Origin: an uncultured virus (IMG/VR IMGVR_UViG_3300035698_026597)
Lineage: Duplodnaviria; Heunggongvirae; Uroviricota; Caudoviricetes
DNA: 20,000 nucleotides
IMG/VR virus record: IMGVR_UViG_3300035698_026597
Strand: one strand, 5' to 3'
The position numbers and the translations under genes were made by a program. Numbering within the stretch: the first letter of the stretch is position 1; each line of letters begins with the position of its first letter. The notes under the pieces were generated by a model. It saw only the letters and a list, made by a program, of their open reading frames with translations, did no database searches and was not told the origin of the DNA. This document shows, piece after piece, positions 8,494 through 16,951 of the stretch.

Positions 8494-9666
8494 ATGGCTG
8501 ATGTCCGTATATGCTGGTTAACGGGAGCCCATGTCTTTCGCAGGCAGTTAAGAGACAAGATACTTGCTTTCCCACAGCATTCGGATAGAGAGATCTATCT
8601 CAGCGAGGAGGGCGAGTCTATAGAAGCGGTAGAAGACAAGATGCTAACCGATTCGCTATTCTCTAAAATGAGAATAGTGATTGTGAAGAGTCTTCCTAAG
8701 ATAGAAGGCAAATCAACAGGCACAGCTACAAACAAAAGATACATAGCTACGTTTGATGCGATTGGCTCGGATTGTCTTGTGATAATAGATGGAGTACCAG
8801 CTTCTTCTTTCCCAAAGCTTTACGATTATGTAAAGGATCATAAGCATGGACAAGTCAATGAGAATCCGTACGCAGTTGATGAATCCTCGGCTTCTTCATG
8901 GCTTACAAAAGAGGCAAAGAATGATGGGAAAGAATTTACCGATGAGTCTTTGAGGCTGTTTATTCGATCCGTAGGCAAAGACCAAGGAGGCAATTCTGAT
9001 TGTGATCTTCTTGATTTGAATTACAGAAAGGTAGTGGCTTATCTGGGACGGCAAAAAAAGATTAAGGAAGATGACGTAAGAGCTGTTGTTGAACCAAATC
9101 AAGAGTTCATTTTGTGGGAGCTGTTTAAGCACGTTGATAATGGCAACTTCAGAGAATCGCAGAGGCATCTTTATATATCTATGTCTTCAGCAAATGACGC
9201 CAGGTCAGGCGCTGAGATGATTCTTAATAGGTTCGCATGGAGGTTTAAGCTTATCTTAGCTTTGAAGGAAGCTAAGATGTCTGGATTGTCTAATCAGGAG
9301 ATCTACAAAGAGTTTAGCGCCATACCGAAGTTGAAGAGAGATGGCTCTGGGGGGACAGCGAAGTTTACGATTGAGAGGAAGCCGAAGAAGGAAGGGGATG
9401 GGGCCCAAATCAATCAATACTCTGAGGGGATGGTAAAAAGCACTTTAAATGGCTACTACGGATCTGTCCCACCTGTCGATAAATATACGAGGGGGGAATT
9501 GTACCGTATTAACAATTGCATAGAAGAATGCTATTTGAAGACAAGATATGACGGCAACGACGTAGATGTAATGGTTATCATGGATAATCTATTGCTTACA
9601 GCATGTTCGCTGATGAAGGAGCGTCGTTTGTCGCCTATTAGGGAGGTAGTAAATGTCGTCTACTAA
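8494..9666 (+). CDS. holA: DNA polymerase III delta subunit (HolA)-like protein
   Basis: N-terminal WLTG, TDSLFSKMRIVIVK (the SLF clamp-binding motif), KVVAYLG..KIKEDDVRAVV, FILWELFKHV (corresponding to nIFdLvdai); directly after the clamp gene. Confidence 0.75.
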   Translation: MADVRICWLTGAHVFRRQLRDKILAFPQHSDREIYLSEEGESIEAVEDKMLTDSLFSKMRIVIVKSLPKIEGKSTGTATNKRYIATFDAIGSDCLVIIDGVPASSFPKLYDYVKDHKHGQVNENPYAVDESSASSWLTKEAKNDGKEFTDESLRLFIRSVGKDQGGNSDCDLLDLNYRKVVAYLGRQKKIKEDDVRAVVEPNQEFILWELFKHVDNGNFRESQRHLYISMSSANDARSGAEMILNRFAWRFKLILALKEAKMSGLSNQEIYKEFSAIPKLKRDGSGGTAKFTIERKPKKEGDGAQINQYSEGMVKSTLNGYYGSVPPVDKYTRGELYRINNCIEECYLKTRYDGNDVDVMVIMDNLLLTACSLMKERRLSPIREVVNVVY

Positions 9667-9913
9667 GTTTTCGATGAGGGATGTATACAAAAAGATTCTT
9701 GATGTGAATTTCTCACTTTCAAGTCTTTACAACACTATGGACGAGTTGGTGGATGGGAACTCTCTTATGGCAGCAGAGGAACTCTTAACAGATATAGAAT
9801 ATCTGGATGAATCTGTGGGGGCCTTGAAAGAAAGAATCATAGCATTAATGGAGGAGATAGTTGGGGAAAAAGGAAATACGGGGGAGCAAACAGATAATGG
9901 GATTAAACTCTAA
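9653..9913 (+). CDS. hypothetical acidic helical protein (86 aa)
   Basis: GGGAGG RBS; fits the gene array. Confidence 0.7.
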   Translation: MSSTKFSMRDVYKKILDVNFSLSSLYNTMDELVDGNSLMAAEELLTDIEYLDESVGALKERIIALMEEIVGEKGNTGEQTDNGIKL

Positions 9914-9925
9914 CCGGAGGCTAAT

Positions 9926-10258
9926 ATGACAGAACGTCAAGAGGGATTGCCATATGATGATGATGAGGTCCCACAAGACGATGAAGGAGTAAAGAGCCAG
10001 AAGGTACTTGATATTTGTGGATATGCTATAGATAAAGCTTGGGATATGATATTTGATAGAGATATCAGTGAGAAGCTTTCGGTAGATGAACTCTCTAAGA
10101 TAATGAAGCTAGCTGGACAAGCGCATATACTAGCAACAGATGTTATAATGAATAGTAGTAAAATAGATTCTCTTGAAGATGGTGAAGACATTCAACAGTA
10201 TAATGCTTATGATGAAGATGACGACGAAGACGACGATGAACTTGGACCTTGGAAATAA
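9926..10258 (+). CDS. hypothetical highly acidic protein (110 aa)
   Basis: GGAGG RBS; D/E-rich N- and C-termini. Confidence 0.75.
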   Translation: MTERQEGLPYDDDEVPQDDEGVKSQKVLDICGYAIDKAWDMIFDRDISEKLSVDELSKIMKLAGQAHILATDVIMNSSKIDSLEDGEDIQQYNAYDEDDDEDDDELGPWK

Positions 10259-10267
10259 GAGGTAATT

Positions 10268-10468
10268 ATGGCAGCGAATGAAAAAGAAGTGGAAATCGTA
10301 ATTGGTAAAGACGGCACAATCAGCGCAGACATGATCGGTTGGGAAGGAAAAGGATGTCATGGTGCTGTTGACGATCTGTTGAAGAAGATCGGCACGAAGG
10401 TGCGGACCAGAAGGAAGCAAGGATTCTTCAAAGAAGATCAGGTTCGTATCAGCCAAAGAACTAATTAG
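10268..10468 (+). CDS. DUF2997-like small protein
   Basis: [29 protein letters not shown] follows the DUF2997 pattern I.I..DG.V...v.G..G..C...L..lG; GAGG RBS. Confidence 0.7.
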   Translation: MAANEKEVEIVIGKDGTISADMIGWEGKGCHGAVDDLLKKIGTKVRTRRKQGFFKEDQVRISQRTN

Positions 10469-10473
10469 ATCGT

Positions 10474-11568
10474 ATGAGCGCGGAAGCCACAAAAGACTAT
10501 TACGAAGTTCTAGGCTTGAAGGAAGGCTCGTCTGCTGATTCTGTCAAGAAAGCCTATAGGCAGCTAGCGCTCAAACTCCATCCTGACAATTATAAGGGTG
10601 ACAAGTCGGAAGGGGAGGAGAAATTCAAAGAAGTTACAGAGGCTTATGAGACTCTTTCAGATCCTCATAAAAGAAGTAGGTACGATGCCAGGAAAATGTT
10701 TGTTGGTGATCCTTGGTTTACAGTAACTAGATCTAGACCTTTCAGCAAATACCCCAAGCGAGGAAGTGATGTGGGTATGGCTGTAGATGTCACGTTGAAG
10801 GATGTCTGCAAGGGGGATGTTGAAAAAGAGATAAAAGTTACAAGGATTGAAGAGTGTAGTAAATGTGATGGGACAGGTAAAAAAGATCGTTCTATACCAG
10901 AAGCTTCATGCAATAATTGTTCGGGGAAAGGACATGTTACACATTCTTCAAGAAACAATAATAGCAGGGGGCTATTCGCTCAGATTAGGTATACACAGGC
11001 TTGCCCGGCTTGCCAGGGGACAGGTGAATCTATACCTGAATGGAATAGATGCATATCGTGTGCGAAAGGGTCTGTGAGAAAAAGCAGGAAGATAAAGATC
11101 AAAATTCCACGTGGTGTACATAATGGACAGACAATACATTGTCGAGGTCTTGGTAACTGCGGAGAGAATGGCGGGACGTTTGGAGATCTTGTTGTCCTGG
11201 TAAGGGTGTCTGATGAAGCTGGATTCAAGAGGGATGGGCAGAACCTTCTTTGTGATTTTGAACTTCATATATCTGATTTCGCGCTGGGGGCGAAGAAAGA
11301 AATAGATACTATATATGATAATACTACATATGTTGTGATAGAACCAGGATCTCAAATAGGTGATGTTATACGAGTTAAGTGGTACGGTTGCCCTCAACTG
11401 AATAACAACAGCGTAAAAGGAGACATGCTAGTTAGGTTAACGGCTAGTATTCCCAAGAAACTTCGAGATAAAGAAAGAGAGCTTTTCATAAAGCTTAGAG
11501 AGCTTCACAACGGAGAAGAACATGACAATGAGAAAGAGGATCGAGTCGAAGTCGATCAAGACGATTAA
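10474..11568 (+). CDS. dnaJ: DnaJ chaperone (J domain + zinc finger + C-terminal domain, without a G/F-rich region)
   Basis: [37 protein letters not shown]; four CxxCxGxG-type repeats ([31 protein letters not shown]); [25 protein letters not shown]. Confidence 0.93.
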   Translation: MSAEATKDYYEVLGLKEGSSADSVKKAYRQLALKLHPDNYKGDKSEGEEKFKEVTEAYETLSDPHKRSRYDARKMFVGDPWFTVTRSRPFSKYPKRGSDVGMAVDVTLKDVCKGDVEKEIKVTRIEECSKCDGTGKKDRSIPEASCNNCSGKGHVTHSSRNNNSRGLFAQIRYTQACPACQGTGESIPEWNRCISCAKGSVRKSRKIKIKIPRGVHNGQTIHCRGLGNCGENGGTFGDLVVLVRVSDEAGFKRDGQNLLCDFELHISDFALGAKKEIDTIYDNTTYVVIEPGSQIGDVIRVKWYGCPQLNNNSVKGDMLVRLTASIPKKLRDKERELFIKLRELHNGEEHDNEKEDRVEVDQDD

Positions 11569-11755
11569 GACAGCAAACGGCTTCATAAAGGGACAGAAGT
11601 TCTATATGTCTGGGGATGTATGGACTGTTATCAAAGAAGAGAAAGCTGACAACACGGCTATGAGAAAGATCTCATCTAAAGACGGCGAAGAAGAGATTGT
11701 AGAATTGAAATCTTTAATTAGAGATCTTCAAGAGGGTCTTATCAAGATCATGTAA
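11522..11755 (+). CDS. hypothetical small beta-rich protein (start 11522 or 11528)
   Basis: GGAGAAG upstream; overlaps the dnaJ 3' end. Confidence 0.65.
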   Translation: MTMRKRIESKSIKTIKTANGFIKGQKFYMSGDVWTVIKEEKADNTAMRKISSKDGEEEIVELKSLIRDLQEGLIKIM

Positions 11756-11764
11756 GGTTGGGAA

Positions 11765-11962
11765 ATGGTTGAAATAGAATTAGATATTCTTCCCTCAGGC
11801 GAAGTTAGGTTTTCAAGAGATGCTTCTCCTGAAAAGAATCAAGCGCTTTTGGCTGTATTGTCAGAAGTTGCTGGGGTTAGTACGGTTGAAGAGATTCGAG
11901 AGTTTTTCGAAGCTGGTGGCGAGATAGAATTATTGTTTGGGGATGAGCAGTTCTGCGGTTAA
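11765..11962 (+). CDS. hypothetical acidic protein (65 aa)
   Basis: Fills the array between flanking genes; ends in FCG. Confidence 0.65.
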   Translation: MVEIELDILPSGEVRFSRDASPEKNQALLAVLSEVAGVSTVEEIREFFEAGGEIELLFGDEQFCG

Positions 11963-11974
11963 TCCAATTCGATA

Positions 11975-12014
11975 ATCTCTCCGATAATAGAAGTGAGGAA
12001 GTTATCGGAGAGGT
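11975..12014 (+). promoter_or_regulatory. RNA hairpin occluding the ruvC ribosome-binding site
   Basis: ATCTCTCCGATAAT (11975-11988) pairs with GTTATCGGAGAGGT (12001-12014): 11 contiguous Watson-Crick pairs, two G-U pairs and one A-U pair, with a 12-nt loop. The 3' arm contains GGAGAGG, which ends 4 nt before ATG 12018. Confidence 0.75.
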
Positions 12015-12017
12015 ACA

Positions 12018-12656
12018 ATGGCATCACAGAAAAAGGTTTATGTTGGCATAGATCCAGGGGTCCAGGGGGCAATAGCACTTATCTGGGCTGGTGGCGCAGA
12101 AGTTGAGCGCATGCCAATAATCAAATCATCTAAGACCGTCAAAGGCAAAAAGAAGAACAAGACGGAGCTTGACCTAGATGGTATTATTAAGCTTGTTAAA
12201 AGACTTAAGACATCATGTCGTCCAGCATCGGTTTTAGTGGGGATAGAAGCAGTTCATGCGGGACCGGGTGAAGGAAGTGTAAGTATGTTTGGTTTTGGCA
12301 AGGGATATGGTTTTCTTTTGGGCTCTGTTAAGATGGCAGGGTACTCTCTCACTAGTGTCTCTCCTCAAAAATGGAAGAAGTATTTTCCCAAATTGATGAC
12401 GAAAGACATCTTAGACATTAAGGATAGGCAAAAGGTTCTTAGACAGGAAATCAAAAATACCAAGGATGCCACCGAAAAGAAGGAGAAAAAGAAAGAGATA
12501 GAAAAGCTTGGTAGGAAAGCTAAATCCCTAGGCAAAGACAACGCTAGGGCTTTGGCTGGTGAGTTGTATCCTGAGTTGAAAGATAGCTTTAAGAAGAAAA
12601 ATAGTGATGGATTAGCAGAAGCCCTACTAATAGCTGAGTATGTCAGAGACCAATAA
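12018..12656 (+). CDS. ruvC: RuvC-like Holliday junction resolvase (phage type) with a basic helical insertion
   Basis: VGIDPG (Asp), IEAV (Glu), SMFGFGKGYG, VSPQKWKK, DGLAEALLIA (D..E). Confidence 0.85.
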   Translation: MASQKKVYVGIDPGVQGAIALIWAGGAEVERMPIIKSSKTVKGKKKNKTELDLDGIIKLVKRLKTSCRPASVLVGIEAVHAGPGEGSVSMFGFGKGYGFLLGSVKMAGYSLTSVSPQKWKKYFPKLMTKDILDIKDRQKVLRQEIKNTKDATEKKEKKKEIEKLGRKAKSLGKDNARALAGELYPELKDSFKKKNSDGLAEALLIAEYVRDQ

Positions 12657-12672
12657 CGGGAGTCGTAGCGAT

Positions 12673-13068
12673 ATGGGTAACTGGTACAAAATTGCGATAG
12701 TGGAGCTACATCCTTTGTTGAATCATGTAGACACTTTTAAAGACAGAAACATCATAAACGGCAAGATAAGAGAGCTTAAGGGGGTGGCCGCTAGGTTGCT
12801 AAATGTCTCTAAAGGTGGGTACCAGGACATACAAGAGTCTAGAACGATTCTATCAACTCTTATAGCGAATAAAACGCTTTCATCCTATCCTCATATTATT
12901 AGAAAGCTGGAAGCAGCTTTTAGTGTATCATTAGACAACTATGGTAAGATGATGTTTATGTGTGAGGATGCGATGGGTGATGTATATACAGTAGTAAGGA
13001 CCATGGAGAAAGCTAGAAGGGAGTTCGTCGAGAAAACCTTGCCAGAGAAGATGAAGGAGAAAAATTAG
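12673..13068 (+). CDS. hypothetical helical protein with an MGNWYKIA N-terminus (131 aa)
   Basis: Start moved from 12640 to ATG 12673 (GGGAG at 12658-12662, just after the ruvC stop). Confidence 0.75.
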   Translation: MGNWYKIAIVELHPLLNHVDTFKDRNIINGKIRELKGVAARLLNVSKGGYQDIQESRTILSTLIANKTLSSYPHIIRKLEAAFSVSLDNYGKMMFMCEDAMGDVYTVVRTMEKARREFVEKTLPEKMKEKN

Positions 13069-13069
13069 T

Positions 13070-13732
13070 ATGGCAAAGAACCAGTTACAGAAGTCGAATA
13101 CGAAGGCAATCACTAAGTCATCTTTACAATTGTATTCTGAGGGATTACAGAATACTCCGATGGATGTTAAAAGTTGTAAGGTTTGTCAGTCACAGCATAG
13201 GTTGAGAGGAGAGGCGGAGTTTGACAAAACAAACGGAAGCGTCAACGCTGCTTACACTCTATTAAAGCATCTTGGAGAAGACGTATCAAAGACGGGCGTT
13301 AGGAATCATATGCTTAGGCATTACGCTCCTTTGGTAAAAAAGGAAAAGATAGAGCTTTATTCCAAGGATCTTGCTGGCTATTTAAGTGCACAACAAGATA
13401 GGCGGTTGCAATTAAGGGAAAGAACATTTGTTTTGCAAAAGCTGATGTACGATTTGGCAGCAGACTCAGAGGGATGTAACCTAGAAGATAAGAGGAAAAA
13501 TGCTGACGTAATCAAAAAGCTTTCGGACGGTGTGACGGGGCTTGAGGATAAGATACAGGGTCTGGATAAGAGTCTGGAGCCTGTAGAGATCCTGATCGAG
13601 AGATTGGGAGATATCTTCTCTGGTAAAATGAAAGCCACAAAGGATGACGCAACAAAAACTGTCCTCATGGATATCTTAGCTGAGATACAAGCAAAAAGCC
13701 AAGACCTTTTCACTGAGGAAGACCCCGAATGA
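13070..13732 (+). CDS. hypothetical protein with a CxxC...HxxxH putative zinc/HTH domain and a coiled-coil C-terminus
   Basis: CKVCQSQHR...VSKTGVRNHMLRH; AAGGAG RBS. Confidence 0.75.
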   Translation: MAKNQLQKSNTKAITKSSLQLYSEGLQNTPMDVKSCKVCQSQHRLRGEAEFDKTNGSVNAAYTLLKHLGEDVSKTGVRNHMLRHYAPLVKKEKIELYSKDLAGYLSAQQDRRLQLRERTFVLQKLMYDLAADSEGCNLEDKRKNADVIKKLSDGVTGLEDKIQGLDKSLEPVEILIERLGDIFSGKMKATKDDATKTVLMDILAEIQAKSQDLFTEEDPE

Positions 13733-13872
13733 GAAAAAAGAGGCTCAAGTTGGCAAATAGACCGATTAAGAGACTCAAGGGAGATCGTCCAACAACAAAA
13801 CGTATTGTACCAGGTGGCTCGGAAAAAACTGGTGGATGCGGTTGTGGGCGTAAGAAAAAGAAGAAGTCTTAA
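13729..13872 (+). CDS. small basic protein with a CGCG motif (47 aa; absent from the ORF track)
   Basis: MRKKRLKLANRPIKRLKGDRPTTKRIVPGGSEKTGGCGCGRKKKKKS*. ATGA overlap with the upstream stop, GAGGA upstream, and the stop lies 2 nt before the next ATG, so it exactly fills the gap. Confidence 0.75.
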   Translation: MRKKRLKLANRPIKRLKGDRPTTKRIVPGGSEKTGGCGCGRKKKKKS

Positions 13873-13874
13873 TA

Positions 13875-16439
13875 ATGGAAAAATACTCTCAAATAGAAAG
13901 CATGTGCATGGTACACGTTGAGCAGGTAAAGCGCGCGCTTCTTTCTTATCGTGGATTGGCAAGAGAATATGCCGAATATCCAGAGAAAGTCCTCAAAGAT
14001 ATTGCAGAGCAAAGTATAGGTCAAAGGGTAATGTATTTCCCATGCGACCTTATAGAGCTTAGAGTGATTTTGGACTCTGGCGTTATCGATAGAGAAAACC
14101 CACCTATACTGTTTACTATGCCCTTCTGTCAAAAGTATCTGTCAGAGTATGCATTGTTGATTGGAGTGGAGATCCCAAAAGATTTTCGAGTTGTTGGTAG
14201 TATCTCCTTTTCCGCGAGCGATGATAAAGTCAACAGTGTGATAAACGTAGGCGAAGAGATTAGGACAGTTCTTCTTAGTGAAGGAATCGCTAGGGTGTTG
14301 AGCCCGCAGATCACTCAAATAGTTCAATCTACCAATAGGGGGATTTCTATAGGCCAGTTTTCTCAGTTGGCGAGTAAGACTCCAAAATTGGCAGCTACGC
14401 TTTCAGAACACCAAGTTAGCTTAACACCAGGTGAACAGCAACTGTTTTCTTTTTTGAATACGGCAGCAAGCACCCCAGAAATGTCTAATGTAGGGATAAG
14501 GGTGGCTGGAGGCTGGGTAAGAGATAAGCTCATGGGAAAAGAGAGCGATGATATCGATATCGCCCTTACGGGTATCTCAGGTACTGATTTTGCTAATTAT
14601 CTATCCTCCTACGCTAAACAGAACGGGGTTAGTGATGTTGGCGGTTCTTTCCAGATCAGCCTGGACAAAAGTTCGGACCCTAAGGCTACTGAGGTAGTGA
14701 ATGAACTTGAGGTAGGTGGATTGTCTATTTTCGGAGACAGGATAGAGTTTGTAGAAGCTAGAAAAGAAAGCTATCCAAATCCCAACTCAAGGAAACCTGT
14801 TATTGTCCCTACAGATGATATCACAGAAGATGTAAAGAGAAGGGATCTGACAATCAATGCGCTTTACTATAATGTAAGGACAGGTGAGGTAGAAGATTAT
14901 ACCAGTGGAATAGAAGATCTAAAGAATATGATACTTAGGGCACCTGATGACCCTAGGAAGACCTTCTCTGAAGACCCATTAAGGCTTCTCAGAGCCATCA
15001 GGTTCTATGCTCGCTACCCAAATGCCCAACTGGACCCTTCTATAATAGAGTTGCTTAGAGAGACGGGACAGCCTAACACGGAGATGGGCAAGATGTATGA
15101 GCAAAAGATAGCTCCTAGCAGGTCTTCCAAAGAATTCATTAAGATGATGAAGGGGGCCAATCCTGAGAAGGCGATACGGACTCTTTTCGAGACAGGATTC
15201 TATCGTAGGGTATTTGAGATCCCGGAAGATTGGTATCCTATCGAGATGGATCAACAGAGCAAGTATCATAGGCTAACGTTGCTTGACCATACGATGAGCG
15301 TTATTGAGAATATAAACAAGTTGGCGGCAGAAAAGGATCTTCCAGAAGAAGACAGAACCAAATTGCTTTTATCTGCTATGTTTCATGACTTCGGCAAGAT
15401 GCACCCAGATATAAGAGAAGAGCACCCTAAGATGCCAGGAAGGTTCAGGTACGTAGGGCATGAAGCTGAATCTGGTAAGTTTGTGGAACAGATCATGAAG
15501 AGGATGTCTTTCCCAGAGAAGCTTCGTAAATCTGTATCTTCGATTGTCTCTGCTCACATGGAGCCTAATAAGTTCTCTGATGAATTTGAAGGGGCTGGCA
15601 AGAAGAGAGGGACCATATATGGTAGATATGGTAAATTCCTTAGAGAGCATGGTGAGAATGAGAAGCTTGTTATGTTGCTTAGACAGGCTGATCACTCCAG
15701 TAAGGGTGGTAGTACGGAAGAGGAGCTTGATGACATAAGACAACAGAATGAGGCTTTGCAAGGTAGACTTTCTCAATATCAGCAAGAAAGCATGCACCCG
15801 GATTATGGCGCTTTATACTCGAATCCCATATTGAGGGGAGACGAGGTTATCGCTCTTCTTCCTCAAGTGAGTCCTCAACTGGAACAGGACCTTCGCGCCC
15901 AGAATAACAAGTTCTTTGTAACTAATGCTTTCACTGGTGGTATGCCTATGCACTGGGTAAAGTATACTTTGGAGCAATTGCTTAAGCAGCAGCAAAAGCA
16001 CAGGGTATTACAAAGGGAAGATGCCGAAGATTTTGCAATAGGTATTATGAAGCAGATATTTAGTGAGACTATTAGACAGCTACCGGTGGAAGATATGGGG
16101 CAAGAGGCTTCAAATTGGTATAAGCAAGTAAAACAGGCAGATGCCAGTTCCGCGGAGGGTCCAGAAGGATTCGACAATCTCGGGAATGGTGACGCCCTGC
16201 ATGAGGACCAGTTCCCAAGAGTCGTATACGAGGTAGAGCCTCCTTTCCATGTCGGAGATCAGGTGAGGGAAAAACGAGGCGGTATCGGAGATCCACCGGC
16301 AGCCCAGGGAACCGTAATCGAAGTTGGGGGTAATAGGATGAGGGTGAAGTGGGAAAGTGGAAAACGAAAAGGCAAGGTTACGTCTGTTAGTTTAATGGAT
16401 GCCGCCATGCTATCGGCTACATTTGAGAAAGTTATGTAA
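13875..16439 (+). CDS. cca: class II CCA tRNA nucleotidyltransferase with HD domain, a long N-terminal extension and a C-terminal SH3-like module
   Basis: RVAGGWVRDKLMG..DDIDIA (DxD), ARKESY, EDVKRRDLTINALYY, FSEDPLRLLRAIRF (EDxxR templating motif); HD domain YH..DHT..FHDFGK..GHE..HM; C-terminal FHVGDQVRE..GTVIEV..MRVKWE. Confidence 0.88.
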   Translation: MEKYSQIESMCMVHVEQVKRALLSYRGLAREYAEYPEKVLKDIAEQSIGQRVMYFPCDLIELRVILDSGVIDRENPPILFTMPFCQKYLSEYALLIGVEIPKDFRVVGSISFSASDDKVNSVINVGEEIRTVLLSEGIARVLSPQITQIVQSTNRGISIGQFSQLASKTPKLAATLSEHQVSLTPGEQQLFSFLNTAASTPEMSNVGIRVAGGWVRDKLMGKESDDIDIALTGISGTDFANYLSSYAKQNGVSDVGGSFQISLDKSSDPKATEVVNELEVGGLSIFGDRIEFVEARKESYPNPNSRKPVIVPTDDITEDVKRRDLTINALYYNVRTGEVEDYTSGIEDLKNMILRAPDDPRKTFSEDPLRLLRAIRFYARYPNAQLDPSIIELLRETGQPNTEMGKMYEQKIAPSRSSKEFIKMMKGANPEKAIRTLFETGFYRRVFEIPEDWYPIEMDQQSKYHRLTLLDHTMSVIENINKLAAEKDLPEEDRTKLLLSAMFHDFGKMHPDIREEHPKMPGRFRYVGHEAESGKFVEQIMKRMSFPEKLRKSVSSIVSAHMEPNKFSDEFEGAGKKRGTIYGRYGKFLREHGENEKLVMLLRQADHSSKGGSTEEELDDIRQQNEALQGRLSQYQQESMHPDYGALYSNPILRGDEVIALLPQVSPQLEQDLRAQNNKFFVTNAFTGGMPMHWVKYTLEQLLKQQQKHRVLQREDAEDFAIGIMKQIFSETIRQLPVEDMGQEASNWYKQVKQADASSAEGPEGFDNLGNGDALHEDQFPRVVYEVEPPFHVGDQVREKRGGIGDPPAAQGTVIEVGGNRMRVKWESGKRKGKVTSVSLMDAAMLSATFEKVM

Positions 16440-16945
16440 TGTGGTATGTGAGGGCAAAAACAGGTCTATCTAAGGAGGAACTCAACGAGAAGTTGAAGTC
16501 CTTTATCCGTGACTCTGCATTCTTTCACAAGATGTTTGATGACTACGGAATCTCTATGGATAGGATAGACAATGATTTGCATTTCCATTTGGAGCCGTTA
16601 GACGGGATGCATGCTAGGAGTAAGGGTAAGGATGTTTTTCTTGATGATGAGCTATTCAAAGATGGCGACTTTTTTGAGGACAAGATTCATTTCGTTGTGC
16701 ACGAGATGAGCCATTGGCTCACTAGACTTAGGGAAAATGATTGCTATTTTGCTGATCCAGAAGAGATAGAGGCTTTTACTCTTGGAATGGCGTATGAACT
16801 TCTAAAGGGTAGGGGAGAGAGAGAAGTAGCTAAGTTGTTTTTCCCGATCATATCTAAACACTTAAAAATATCAGAGAACGCGGATGTTCTTTTTGGGTCT
16901 CTACTTACAAAGGCTAAGATCAGAGTCAAGAGATTCGGAATATAG
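16439..16945 (+). CDS. zincin-like (HExxH...E) metallopeptidase domain protein
   Basis: VVHEMSHWL followed by DPEEIEAF; TAATG coupling to the cca stop. Confidence 0.7.
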   Translation: MWYVRAKTGLSKEELNEKLKSFIRDSAFFHKMFDDYGISMDRIDNDLHFHLEPLDGMHARSKGKDVFLDDELFKDGDFFEDKIHFVVHEMSHWLTRLRENDCYFADPEEIEAFTLGMAYELLKGRGEREVAKLFFPIISKHLKISENADVLFGSLLTKAKIRVKRFGI

Positions 16946-16951
16946 TATTCT

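Noticed and set aside
10208..10240. GAT/GAC/GAA trinucleotide-like repeat
   Set aside because: Simply encodes the acidic tail of the 9926 protein; it is not a regular repeat array.
12018..12656. RuvC-domain protein as a TnpB/Cas12 or transposase
   Set aside because: Only 212 aa with contiguous resolvase-type motifs; no zinc finger, IS ends or CRISPR array.
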